Shown here: positions 37,341 to 47,000 of the stretch, in pieces
How the letters are laid out: each line of letters starts with the position of its first letter
Numbering within the stretch: position 1 is the stretch's first letter
Source: a virus
Direction: 5' to 3' (one strand)
IMG/VR virus record: IMGVR_UViG_2540341061_000001
Span: 149 to 64,148 of that record
Length of the DNA stretch: 64,000 nt
Notes under the pieces: model-generated
What the model was told of the DNA's origin: nothing
The model's input: the letters and a program-made list of their open reading frames with translations, nothing else
Database searches by the model: none
Translations under genes and position numbers: made by a program

Positions 37341-38294
37341 TCACTTCAAATAATCAGCGATGAAGCTTCTAACGGAAGGCGACACCTTTGCGTCAAACTC
37401 CTGGTCACGGATAATTTCATACAGTTCGGCAGCCTTTTCCTGTAGTCTGCCAAATGGCTCATCTGCCGTATAAAATACCTTCTCCCAATCATAACTGGCG
37501 CCGCTCGGATTGCTGTGACAGGGAGTAGTGGTAACGAAGATAACGTCATAGTTAATTTTTGGCATCTCATCACAATTAAATGGAATAATAACAAGGCTTC
37601 TGCCGTCATCAATATCACCGCAAGAGAAAATATCGTCTGCAAGCTTCCATTTAATGTCGGGGTTCAGGTGATTCGGATGATAGAAGGTAACTTCACCTTC
37701 CTCAGAGATAAGCCCCATCTCTGTATATTTGCTGTCAAGTTCATACATTGAACCACCGTCCGGTTGCCACTCGATAGAGCATTCTTCGGTCTGATGACGC
37801 AGTTTTTTGATAAACTGTAGAACAAGGTCAGTGTTCTTGTTGGGTACGGAGAGATCGGTCTCGATAAGTTCTCTGACATCGACCTCAAACAAACGAGCAA
37901 TTTTCCAAACGACATCAATACTCAGTCGTTTGGCGGAGTTTTCCTTTGCTGTACGGGAAATGTACCCAGTGCTGATTCCAAGCATTTTTTCAAGGTCGCC
38001 AAAGCGCAAGCTGCTCTTCTTGGCAAGGAAAGCGATGTTGTTGATAAGGCAGCTGTTGTTGAACTCTCCTATGCTGTCGAGATATGCCTGTATTAAATCC
38101 TCCTGCTCCTGCAAAAGATTCTGCCATCCGCTGTCATCCTCATCATGCATCGCAGAGTCTATCTGCTGCTGTATTAAATCCCTGCTTTCGAGGGCTTGCA
38201 TCAACTCCGCAAAGTTATCCGGTGAGATGAGAGAATGCAGTTCTCCGCTGATTTCATATTTGTCGCTTATATATTCGTCAAACTGGCGTGACAT
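37341..38294 (-). CDS. XRE-type HTH-containing protein
   Basis: LRFGDLEKMLGISTGYISR HTH. Confidence 0.7.
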   Translation of the reverse strand: MSRQFDEYISDKYEISGELHSLISPDNFAELMQALESRDLIQQQIDSAMHDEDDSGWQNLLQEQEDLIQAYLDSIGEFNNSCLINNIAFLAKKSSLRFGDLEKMLGISTGYISRTAKENSAKRLSIDVVWKIARLFEVDVRELIETDLSVPNKNTDLVLQFIKKLRHQTEECSIEWQPDGGSMYELDSKYTEMGLISEEGEVTFYHPNHLNPDIKWKLADDIFSCGDIDDGRSLVIIPFNCDEMPKINYDVIFVTTTPCHSNPSGASYDWEKVFYTADEPFGRLQEKAAELYEIIRDQEFDAKVSPSVRSFIADYLK

Positions 38295-38329
38295 AGTATA
38301 CCTCCGTTCAATTCCTTATGCTGTTATTA

Positions 38330-38368
38330 TATAACTTGTACCATTGATTGTCAATGGTACAAGTTATA
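38330..38368. promoter_or_regulatory. 18-bp perfect inverted repeat (operator)
   Basis: TATAACTTGTACCATTGA-TTG-TCAATGGTACAAGTTATA upstream of the HTH gene. Confidence 0.75.
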
Positions 38369-38477
38369 ATTGATTGTAAATATTTTTGAACCAAAAAAGA
38401 CCCGCGATCAACTCGCAGGTCTGTGGGTTTTAGTTATGAGCGGACACGCTATGTCCGTTTTTTGATGAAATTTATTT

Positions 38478-40361
38478 TTATATTTTCACGCCGAACTGCT
38501 CCAAATACTCTTCAACCGCCTCTAGTGGCTCCGGGTACTTGAGATACAATGCTTCTTTAATCCATTGGTGGTTGGAGTCCATTGGTTTCAGCGGACAACG
38601 CAAAACCTCCAGCAGCTTCTCGCTTATTGTCGGAGGAAGGTGAAGTCCGAAACAAATGCGAACCACGGTCTCGATGCTTGGCGCGGTTTGCCCATTTACT
38701 GTCCTGCTTATTGTTTTTGGATCTCGGTCAATGGCATCACCGAGTTCGGTGTATTTCATACCTCTCCAATTGAGTAACAGTTCCATACATTGTTCCGGAT
38801 CGTCTGTCATCTGTCTGCGGATATCCAGCCACTCGGCCTGCTGCTTTTTCCGCATTGCCACCTGGCGTTCCTGGGGAGAGTTTTGATAACCGTTGTGATA
38901 GGTAATGTCGAAAGTGATATCGCTCGGCTCACGGTTCAAAAAGCAAGCGGTGTGGTATGTATCCGACACCTTGCTGACGATTGCCATATCAAAGGCTAGG
39001 CAGCACTCATCCATATGTGCACGGGCATAGCCAGTCAGTTCAAGTCTGCCGTTTTCACCTGCTTCAACATATAGCGGAGCATTGTAAACATAATGATTAT
39101 CTACGAAAAGGTAGTCGCCGTTTTCAGTCAGCTTCCGCAGTTCCGGGTTAACAAACCGCTGAACGGCTGCATCCTGCGCTCCAATGGAAAAGGTCTGGTT
39201 CAGCTTTATAGCGCCTTTTCGGAAACTGTGGGGTTTTACATAGTGACCATCGAGGTATGTAAATGTGCCGACCGCCTCTTCAATTCCGAGTTCAACAAGG
39301 CGGATTTTCGCCGCTTGCTTTGAAACGCCGAAATCAGACTCAAGCTGCCGGATGACGGTCTCCATAACATCGATGGTGTGTCTTGAATCCGTTTCCCGCA
39401 TAAAGCGAGTGATATATTCTTTGGCTTTTGCCCGAAAAGGTTCGGCAGGCATTTGAATTCTCGGCGTAAGTTGATTAGCTTGGTGCTCCATGAATTCCGT
39501 TGATTTTTTCGCAAGGGGAGAAGCTGCTCCGCCGACAACCTCGCAACTAATAAATGATGTGTCTGGATTAAACAGTTTCTCAAGGGCGAATGCCTTGCGA
39601 TGCTTGTCCCAATGAACGCACTCATGGATGATTGTATTGTTTACTGACCCCAGATTTCGCAGAAGATACATCAGCGGGTCAACGAGAATGGTCTTTTCCG
39701 GGATACTGGTCTCAACATCGCCGCCTGTTTCCGCATCAAATAAGGCCACATCGGTGTTCTCAAAAAATATCTGCCCGAACACGCTGGCATCTTCATGTAT
39801 ACGCTGCGTTTTCACGGTCAATCCCAACCGCTCTGCAAGCACGGAAGGGTCTACCCAGACCGGCGGTTTACCCATAGGAGTAATGGTGAGCGCCTCTGGG
39901 TAATGGCGTGTCAAAAAGTCGTGCGCCGCTTTTTCTAGTTGGTCATAGGCAACGTAAGGAACGAGCGAATCATCAAGCGGGTTTTGCATCCGGCTTTTGG
40001 CGTTGTACGCAGAATAATCGAAAACCGTAAAGTCATTCAAACGGCGTTCAAGATTTCCCCGGCATTTTACCATCATCCAGACGGTCTTTTCTTCGGAATT
40101 ATCATAATGGTGGTCTGCCTCCGGGAAGGAGAGCGACAACGAAAGCGCCACATCAAACTGTATATCCATGTCCGGTAAATCATCTACCCAGACGTGCTCT
40201 ACCTTGATATCCTCGATTTCCGGCTGACCGGGGCGATGGAGGCGGTAAAACGTGAGAGAGGAGGCGTCGAACTCGTCCTGCAGATACCGTTCGGCTATTT
40301 CCCAAAACTTGTTATCAAACCTTTTTGAGATATATTCTTTGAATGAACGGTTCTGCGCCAC
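38478..40361 (-). CDS. ImmA/IrrE-family metallopeptidase with C-terminal XRE HTH
   Basis: TIIHECVHW (HExxH), EHQAN; C-terminal MKYTELGDAIDRDPKTISR. Confidence 0.8.
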   Translation of the reverse strand: MAQNRSFKEYISKRFDNKFWEIAERYLQDEFDASSLTFYRLHRPGQPEIEDIKVEHVWVDDLPDMDIQFDVALSLSLSFPEADHHYDNSEEKTVWMMVKCRGNLERRLNDFTVFDYSAYNAKSRMQNPLDDSLVPYVAYDQLEKAAHDFLTRHYPEALTITPMGKPPVWVDPSVLAERLGLTVKTQRIHEDASVFGQIFFENTDVALFDAETGGDVETSIPEKTILVDPLMYLLRNLGSVNNTIIHECVHWDKHRKAFALEKLFNPDTSFISCEVVGGAASPLAKKSTEFMEHQANQLTPRIQMPAEPFRAKAKEYITRFMRETDSRHTIDVMETVIRQLESDFGVSKQAAKIRLVELGIEEAVGTFTYLDGHYVKPHSFRKGAIKLNQTFSIGAQDAAVQRFVNPELRKLTENGDYLFVDNHYVYNAPLYVEAGENGRLELTGYARAHMDECCLAFDMAIVSKVSDTYHTACFLNREPSDITFDITYHNGYQNSPQERQVAMRKKQQAEWLDIRRQMTDDPEQCMELLLNWRGMKYTELGDAIDRDPKTISRTVNGQTAPSIETVVRICFGLHLPPTISEKLLEVLRCPLKPMDSNHQWIKEALYLKYPEPLEAVEEYLEQFGVKI

Positions 40362-40759
40362 GGTCTACACCTCCTTTAGGTTGTATGTATTAATATCTAC
40401 CATCCTAAACGGCATTGCGAAAATCGGAACCAGTGAAAAAAAGCATCGCAGCGTTCTCCGCACCGATGGAAAATGTTTGATTACTTTCAATGGAACTTTA
40501 TTGAAGGTATGCAGCTGAACATATCGCCCGTCTATAGTATAAAGCTCCGACTGCTTCTTTAAATCCACATCAACCACTCAGATTTTGGTAGTGGTTCGAG
40601 AAAAGCATCAGAACATAGCCGATTCTTCAAGCATCAGTATATCATTTATTGAGTAGTTTCACAATGTAAAAAGGAAATTTTATTCCGTAAACGCACACTT
40701 TTCTATTGTGTTTTGTCGTATGTGTGATAAAATATAATTAAGAAATTGGGGGTGAGCCA

Positions 40760-40975
40760 GTGAGCGACATCAGTTATAAAAAACTTTGGAAACTGTTGAT
40801 CGATAGGGATATGAAGAAAAAAGACCTAATGATTGCTGCTGGCATCAGCGCCACATCGATGGCGAAGATTACACGGGGCGAGAATGTCCAAACCGCCATT
40901 CTCGTTAAAATTTGTCACGCTCTGGACTGCGACCTTGCGGATATCGCAGAAATAATAAAGAATAAAGGAGAATAG
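40760..40975 (+). CDS. Cro/C1-type HTH regulator (controller-like) A
   Basis: YKKLWKLLIDRDMKKKDL..KICHALDC. Confidence 0.85.
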   Translation: MSDISYKKLWKLLIDRDMKKKDLMIAAGISATSMAKITRGENVQTAILVKICHALDCDLADIAEIIKNKGE

Positions 40976-40978
40976 GCT

Positions 40979-41755
40979 TTGGACTACATATTGAACGGAG
41001 ATTGTGATTACATCGTTGCAGAAGGTAGCGCAATCCTAACAACAGAGGACGTTTTAAACGCAATACATTGGGCTAACGATGCATTAATCAGCATTAATTC
41101 TGCGACGCGGGAATTCGACATAAACGTGTTTGACACGTTGGGAATGCGTAATCTGAGTGGAATGGTCGGCGAAGTTTTTGGTAAAAGTGTGAAATACCAC
41201 TCTGGAGGAAGGTTGGAAGGAAATCTTCACCAAGACGGATATCCTGACCTGCTTTTAGTCGACACAGAGGATAAACTTGCTTACTACCATTCGCTGTACA
41301 GAGTAGAGGGAGATAAAAAGTACCCCTACAACAAACGCGATTTCAGTCCGTTCCGCTATGGCGGAATCGAGGTAAAGGCGACTTGCGGTAGTACTCCGAC
41401 TGCAACCGAAACAACGCCGAAACCGCTGATTGGTGAACAGCGGTTTCAAATCGTTAATGCATTTGATTGGAAAGCCCACCACCGCGACACGAACAATCTG
41501 CTTGGGGTGCTATGGGACTTTATCGACGGAGTTCCGACAATTGTAGCTTGTTTTTTCCGCAACGACCTGACCGTGGACGATTGGGGCAGAATTGTACAAC
41601 CGAGGGAGGGTGGCGGACGAACAACCAGCGTTTCCATCATGAACTCTGGTGGCGTTTCAAAGATGTGCAGAGGTTGGGTGGCGGTTATCAACGACCCGGT
41701 TTATACATCAAAACTCTCCGCAAGAAAATGGATAGGTATTGACGTTAGTCGTTAG
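40979..41755 (+). CDS. Putative type II restriction endonuclease (PD-(D/E)XK)
   Basis: YPDLL...IEVK motif; convergent with a C5-MTase; AT-richer than flanks. Confidence 0.6.
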   Translation: MDYILNGDCDYIVAEGSAILTTEDVLNAIHWANDALISINSATREFDINVFDTLGMRNLSGMVGEVFGKSVKYHSGGRLEGNLHQDGYPDLLLVDTEDKLAYYHSLYRVEGDKKYPYNKRDFSPFRYGGIEVKATCGSTPTATETTPKPLIGEQRFQIVNAFDWKAHHRDTNNLLGVLWDFIDGVPTIVACFFRNDLTVDDWGRIVQPREGGGRTTSVSIMNSGGVSKMCRGWVAVINDPVYTSKLSARKWIGIDVSR

Positions 41756-43046
41756 ATTCAATATTAATGATATTTCGGCACAACAGATCTATCACACGAG
41801 GCGGTACGCTCTCACCGATAGTGTCTCGGATTAGCCCGTCGTTGACGGGCTTTCCGTTTATACGGAAAGAAAATGGGTACTCCGATATAGTCTGAATGAC
41901 CGTGCCCTCATACAAGGAAAGGACTCGGTTTTGCGTCGGATGAAGTTTGTTATCCGAACAGGCATATTGAAAATTCTGTGTCAGTGTACTCGCAGGTTCA
42001 TCCCAAGACATACGCTTATACGCGCTGGTATAACCTTTCATTAACCGCTTCTCACCAGTCTTTGGGTCTTCCACATATGGACGAGGGAGTAACGCTCCAC
42101 ATTTTTCACAGTATATAGGAGTGTCACCATTGTAACGGTTAATACCGCTCTCGTCTCGTTTCGCGCCGTGAATCGGATTTCCCTGAAACTTACACTCAGG
42201 GTTAATGCATTGATTATTAAATGCCGTGTTACCCTCTGGCGTATTTTCGACCCAGAAAATTTTTTTGTCATCCAACAAAGGTACTTTGTGTGGTGGGTTG
42301 TAGTTCTTATCTACGTTTTTACCTTTTACAGACGAAATTGGTGGTAGCGCCTCAATCGCATCCCGAACGGTTACCCATTTCTTTGTAAACATATTTTCGC
42401 GCTCGGCGTGTGTGCGTTCAGGCAGAAAAGTACCATGTTGAGTAAAGTGCTTTTTGCCGTTGTCTGTGCGTGAAAACACGGTTAAGAGACGTTTTCGCCG
42501 TTGAGGAATGCCATAATCAGCGCAGTCAATTACGGTATCGGTGCCAACATATTCACCTGAGAGTTGTGCCTTTATGTATTCAATAATATTAACGAGCTCG
42601 TTTTCCTCGTTCAATATCACCGTATTTTGCATATTGGCAACATTTTCGAGTATGACCCATTCGGGCTGTAATCTTTTTATAATATTAAGTGTCGGGATTA
42701 TAAGCCTATTGCGCTCATCCAATTCGGGACGTAGTCCCTTACGGAAGTCGCTCAGCATTTTTCCCATACCATTTGATGACATACCTTGGCACGGCGGCGT
42801 CGCAAGAATCATAAACGGCGCATCGGAAAAATTCGCCGTATAATAATCAATAATTTCATCAGTTAGATTCCAAATATCCCCGCAAAAGCACTTTGCGTTG
42901 GGATAATTGGCCTGGAATAAGTTCATTCGTTCTTGGAGCAATTCACAGGCAACGACGGTTTCAATGCCGTTTGCTTGTAGTCCTAAGTCGCCAATCCCTG
43001 AGGATGAGAATAGGCTTATCGCGTTTCGCATACAATTCTCCTTCAT
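41745..43046 (-). CDS. DNA (cytosine-5) methyltransferase with Cys4 insertion
   Basis: LFSSSGIG, TPPCQG, ENV, QRRKR, GESVPP; CINPEC..CEKC insert. Confidence 0.9.
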   Translation of the reverse strand: MKENCMRNAISLFSSSGIGDLGLQANGIETVVACELLQERMNLFQANYPNAKCFCGDIWNLTDEIIDYYTANFSDAPFMILATPPCQGMSSNGMGKMLSDFRKGLRPELDERNRLIIPTLNIIKRLQPEWVILENVANMQNTVILNEENELVNIIEYIKAQLSGEYVGTDTVIDCADYGIPQRRKRLLTVFSRTDNGKKHFTQHGTFLPERTHAERENMFTKKWVTVRDAIEALPPISSVKGKNVDKNYNPPHKVPLLDDKKIFWVENTPEGNTAFNNQCINPECKFQGNPIHGAKRDESGINRYNGDTPIYCEKCGALLPRPYVEDPKTGEKRLMKGYTSAYKRMSWDEPASTLTQNFQYACSDNKLHPTQNRVLSLYEGTVIQTISEYPFSFRINGKPVNDGLIRDTIGESVPPRVIDLLCRNIINIESND

Positions 43047-43255
43047 TGCGAGTTTTTATTTACTTCGCAGATGTCTTCGATTTCGCAGTTTAGGGCAAGG
43101 CAGATGCGAGCCAAAATGTCTGTCGTCAGGTTTTGCCCTTTCGACAATTTCGTCATAGTCGTTTGGCTGATGTTCGCCGAACGTTGAAGGTCGCTCTTTT
43201 TCATCTCTCGGTCAATCAACAGTTTCCATAATCGTTTGTAACAGATAGCCGACAT
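43043..43255 (-). CDS. Cro/C1-type HTH regulator (controller-like) B
   Basis: YKRLWKLLIDREMKKSDL..RICLALNC; paralog of 40760-40975. Confidence 0.85.
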   Translation of the reverse strand: MSAICYKRLWKLLIDREMKKSDLQRSANISQTTMTKLSKGQNLTTDILARICLALNCEIEDICEVNKNSQ

Positions 43256-43551
43256 GTCGCTCTCCTCCTTGCTTTAAGGTAGTATACCATAATTATCATG
43301 CTGTACGCAAGTATTATTTCCGAAATCGCGTAGTTTTTGATGTAATAAAAGACCCCCCCGAGCAGTGATGCTCGGGGCGAAAAGTAGTTGAACATTCAGC
43401 GAAGAAACAGCTTAGCGCAACTAACACCTTGATTTAATGTGTTTGGGCATAGCGAATTGAACCCTTTTATTTTTCATAGAACTATTTTATTTTTCCTCTT
43501 AGGGTATTCAAAATTACCCTTGAGCCGAGAGAACTTCCGAAGCCACATAAC

Positions 43552-45243
43552 TCAAAGAAAGCCTGTAATACAAAGGACTGTGAATACCCCTATAGGGCAA
43601 ATCCCTTGTATTGCAGGCTTTCTTAATACGAATAATAAAGGAATTGACCGAAGCATCGTATCAATGCTTCGGTCAATGTTTGGTGGAGCTGAGGAGACGA
43701 TATCTAGAACCGATACCGTCTCCTGTTTGATGTTGGTAGGGGGAAAAGGCAAAGTATAATCCAGTGTGACCTTGTTATCGCCAACCCGAATCTGCTCGAT
43801 AAATGACCTTAAGAAAGCTTTCCGTTCAAATAATCCTCTTTCATCAAGAAAATGGCGCAGTTCAGCCACATAGGAGAGTACTTTTTGCGGATCAATATAC
43901 GCGGCTCTATTGGCGCCTTGACCATTCTCTAGGTCTAGCTTTGCCTGTCTCATCAGGTTCAACTTATCTTGTACATCTGCTATTCTTTGTGCCATTCTAT
44001 CCGGTTCGATTTTCTTGGTTTCAACAAAGTCATAAAGTCGTTCCAATCGACCTTGCCACTGCTCAATTTCTTTATCGATGACCCCTACACGCTCTTTGCG
44101 TTTATTGTCAGCAACATCAAAAGCTTCATTGCTTTGTTTTATTAAGTCCAGCAGATGTCCATCAGTCAAAATGTAGCCCTTAATCTTGTCCGTGACAAAC
44201 CGTTCTAATTTCTCCTGAGGAAGGTGCTGGCTTGGGCAAGCTTCCTTACCCTTACTATAAGCCGTACCGCAGACGTAGTAATGGAATTGTCCGGACTTTG
44301 CGCCATAGCCGATATATGATGCACCGCAATTGCGGCATCGCACAAGTCCACTCAATAGATAGTTGCTGCTAGCAACACGGGGATGAGTCACCTTTGGAGC
44401 CCGTTCGCTGAGTGTGACCTGCACATTTTCAAATACTGATTTATCAACAATTGCTGGCCAAGCATTATCTTTAATCACAGGAGGAAGACTCGTTTTCCCT
44501 TTATGAACCTTACCCCAGATGAGACGGCCGGTGTAGGCTTCATTGGTGAGAATCTTGTGCAAGCGCTGCTTTCCCCATTTCCCACCTGCCGGAGCTGGAA
44601 CTCCGTCCCTGTTAAGACCTTTGGCAATCTCTTTGAGTCCTTTCTCGTTAGTAATCTCGTTAAAGATTCTCTGCACGATTGGTAGCAGCTTGGGGTTCGG
44701 CTCAAGAGAATTGCGTTCCTTGTCTCCATCCTTAATCTTCTTTCTCACGTAACCAAAGGGAGGACGGCTACCGTTAAAGAAGCCTCGGGAAGCATTCTCG
44801 CGCATACCCCTCTTGATGTCCTGTCCGAGATTGGATGAGTAGAACTCGTCAATGACCTCGATAATGCCTTCCATTAAACGACCGGTTGGAGTATCTTCGA
44901 TAGGTTCGTTGATGGAGACGACCTGGATGCCTTGTTTTCTCAACAGCGACTTATAGATAATAGAGTCCTCGCGATTACGGGCAAACCTGGAGAGCTTCCA
45001 AACCAGTATCATTTCAAAGGGAGCTTGTTTTGTTCTGGCAAGACCTATCATTTCGCGGAATGACGGCCTCGCGGTGCTTCTGCCACTCTCTGCCTCATCA
45101 ACGAATTCTTTGACCACGACATAACCATTTCTAGCGGCGTAATCCCGCAAAGCCTTCAATTGAGCTGATATAGAAAGATCTACGTCCTGCCGGTCCGAAG
45201 ATACCCGGGCATAGATGATTACTCTTTTTACACGATTCTCCAT
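43552..45243 (-). CDS. Large serine recombinase (integrase)
   Basis: YARVSS, WKLSRFARN, recombinase domain PFGY, Zn-ribbon CRNCG..YYVC..C, coiled coil. Confidence 0.95.
   Translation of the reverse strand: MENRVKRVIIYARVSSDRQDVDLSISAQLKALRDYAARNGYVVVKEFVDEAESGRSTARPSFREMIGLARTKQAPFEMILVWKLSRFARNREDSIIYKSLLRKQGIQVVSINEPIEDTPTGRLMEGIIEVIDEFYSSNLGQDIKRGMRENASRGFFNGSRPPFGYVRKKIKDGDKERNSLEPNPKLLPIVQRIFNEITNEKGLKEIAKGLNRDGVPAPAGGKWGKQRLHKILTNEAYTGRLIWGKVHKGKTSLPPVIKDNAWPAIVDKSVFENVQVTLSERAPKVTHPRVASSNYLLSGLVRCRNCGASYIGYGAKSGQFHYYVCGTAYSKGKEACPSQHLPQEKLERFVTDKIKGYILTDGHLLDLIKQSNEAFDVADNKRKERVGVIDKEIEQWQGRLERLYDFVETKKIEPDRMAQRIADVQDKLNLMRQAKLDLENGQGANRAAYIDPQKVLSYVAELRHFLDERGLFERKAFLRSFIEQIRVGDNKVTLDYTLPFPPTNIKQETVSVLDIVSSAPPNIDRSIDTMLRSIPLLFVLRKPAIQGICPIGVFTVLCITGFL
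43555..43624. repeat. 23-bp imperfect inverted repeat with inner palindrome
   Basis: AAGAAAGCCTGTAATACAAAGGA / TCCCTTGTATTGCAGGCTTTCTT (2 mismatches); CCCTATAGGG inside. Confidence 0.7.
43643..43677 (-). terminator. Terminator hairpin after the tRNA-like 3' end
   Basis: Perfect 14-bp stem ATTGACCGAAGCAT/ATGCTTCGGTCAAT, 7-nt loop. Confidence 0.75.
43681..43696 (-). other. att site: displaced 3' end of a tRNA-Ala or tmRNA
   Basis: Minus strand CTCCTCAGCTCCACCA fits an Ala-type acceptor 3' strand plus ACCA; upstream bases do not form a T-loop. Confidence 0.7.
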
Positions 45244-45267
45244 TCCAACACCTCTCTTATCGGCAAA

Positions 45268-46197
45268 CTACAGATGCTTGTGAAATCCTTCCAGTTCAAC
45301 TGGATTAAGACGTTCAATTTGTGGTTGTAAGAGTCCGATGCTGTGAGAAAGCACCACGACTAACGCCACTTTAACAAGAGATCCGGTAATAACCAACGGA
45401 CTGGCAATTGCAACCAGGCCTTCATCCTCCTTGCTATCAAGAACAGTAATTCTGCGAACCAGGTGTGGTTTTTTAGCTTTAATTACCATATCTACCAAAG
45501 AACCCGGGATAACTGCCCTTCCCTTCCTCGGGAATAGCCCATCTGCTCCATAGACATTAGCTTCAGGATCATCGTTGTTGGCACTACCGGTCCAGTAGTT
45601 TAATATCCAATTATCCACCTCAGGACCCTGCTCATAAAGGGCGCTATATAGAAAAACACTTCCTTGAAGCACCTCTCCCATTCGGAGAAGCACCTGGGAG
45701 CAGCTCTTTGAATAGAGCTTTGAAAGGGCGATAACGTCAAACCCGGTCTCGTAGACTTTATCCCGGAACTCATCAGTTGGCAACAAGACAGCCGTAGCAA
45801 ACTTATTAGCTGCTAAGTGTACTGCGTTCGTCCTCAAGGGGCTGTAGTCTGTGCACAACTCGGCAAAAACTGGCTCTATCATCTCTCTGAACTCATGAAG
45901 AACCGTGTTTTCTATGCCGCTTTTTGTGTCGCCCTTTTTGTAGTAGATGTTTCTCTTATCTTCAAATACATCATGGTAGCCTCTAATATTTTGCGGCAGT
46001 TTCTTGCTATCGACTCCATTTACATAGATGCCGCAAGCTGAGGCAATGGCTCTAAGTGTTCTGATATCTAAAGGTAAATCCCGCAAGTATATCTTACGGA
46101 ACTCTTGAGCCTTTTCTTCCTCTGAAGCATTCGAAGGTGAGCCGTATTTATTTACAATGTAGTCGCAAAAATAGCGCAGGTCGCTGAAACTTCTCAA
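45268..46197 (-). CDS. ImmA/IrrE-like antirepressor with C-terminal GAF-like region
   Basis: NTVLHEFRE, ANKFATAVLLP, YSKSCSQV; between repressor and integrase. Confidence 0.7.
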   Translation of the reverse strand: MRSFSDLRYFCDYIVNKYGSPSNASEEEKAQEFRKIYLRDLPLDIRTLRAIASACGIYVNGVDSKKLPQNIRGYHDVFEDKRNIYYKKGDTKSGIENTVLHEFREMIEPVFAELCTDYSPLRTNAVHLAANKFATAVLLPTDEFRDKVYETGFDVIALSKLYSKSCSQVLLRMGEVLQGSVFLYSALYEQGPEVDNWILNYWTGSANNDDPEANVYGADGLFPRKGRAVIPGSLVDMVIKAKKPHLVRRITVLDSKEDEGLVAIASPLVITGSLVKVALVVVLSHSIGLLQPQIERLNPVELEGFHKHL

Positions 46198-46200
46198 AGG

Positions 46201-46596
46201 CTATCCTCCAGGTAAAAGCTTCTTCCCGGTCGCTTTTTCGTACATCTCTACGATGAAACGCTTGACATCGGTAGTAAGCCCCCCCTTGATACGGGTACCG
46301 GATTTATACCTGGGATCATTCATTACGTAGTTGAAGGCCATCTCAATTTCATCATTCTCGCTTATAGAGATGTCTTCATCTTTCAGGTATCCGGCAGCCT
46401 TGAGTAGATCCCTCACCGGCACATCATAGACAGGAGCGAGCTTCTTCAGGATATCTGCGCCCGGTATAGGTCTCTGACCGCGCTCGATGAGTCCCAGGTA
46501 TGAGTTCGAGACGCCGGACTGCTGCTCAACTTCCCGCAGTGATAGCCTTTTCTCAACCCTCAGGGTACGGAGATATTCACCGAAGTTCTCCACCAT
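46201..46596 (-). CDS. XRE-family repressor (ImmR/CI-like)
   Basis: LSLREVEQQSGVSNSYLGLIERG. Confidence 0.9.
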   Translation of the reverse strand: MVENFGEYLRTLRVEKRLSLREVEQQSGVSNSYLGLIERGQRPIPGADILKKLAPVYDVPVRDLLKAAGYLKDEDISISENDEIEMAFNYVMNDPRYKSGTRIKGGLTTDVKRFIVEMYEKATGKKLLPGG

Positions 46597-46619
46597 AGCT
46601 CCTCACCTCCTTTTGAAAG

Positions 46620-46722
46620 ATAATAGCACTTTTTGTATACCAAGTCAAACACTATTGACACCAATGTGCTATCTACAGTGACATTTATCTATTGACAGTC
46701 TATGATTAGCCTTTGGTATACT
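46620..46722. promoter_or_regulatory. Divergent promoters/operators of the genetic switch
   Basis: Leftward TTGACT-17-TATTAT with TG extension; rightward GTGACA-17-TATGAT and TTGACA..TATACT; repeated TATTGACA. Confidence 0.6.
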
Positions 46723-46754
46723 ACAGAAAGCGTAATGAGTTCTGAGGTAGCTCA

Positions 46755-47000
46755 ATGGTTAAGGTAAAGTTGAATCGGGTTGCTTTTGAAGTTGCCTTGT
46801 CGAGGAAAAACCTCTCCCAGCGTGACCTTGCCGAGAAGATTGGATTTTCCCGCAGTCACTTGTCGCACATCATTAATGGGAGAAGAGAACCATCACCGGT
46901 ACTAAGACGCCTTATCCTTGAGAATCTGCCCGAATACACTTTCGATGATCTGTTTACTATCGAAAACGGCAATGGAGCGGGTAATGATGCACACTCCTGA
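46755..47000 (+). CDS. Cro-like XRE HTH protein
   Basis: LSQRDLAEKIGFSRSHLSHIING. Confidence 0.9.
   Translation: MVKVKLNRVAFEVALSRKNLSQRDLAEKIGFSRSHLSHIINGRREPSPVLRRLILENLPEYTFDDLFTIENGNGAGNDAHS

Larger units (their letters stand above)
749..43400 (-). mobile_element. Siphovirus-like prophage (HK97 fold, Firmicutes-type); boundaries approximate
   Basis: Co-oriented lysis, tail, head, packaging, replication and regulatory modules; no integrase or att pair identified. Confidence 0.9.

Noticed and set aside
43681-43760. Complete tRNA gene
   Set aside because: Only about 16 nt fit a 3' end; upstream bases do not form T, anticodon or D arms and encode the recombinase
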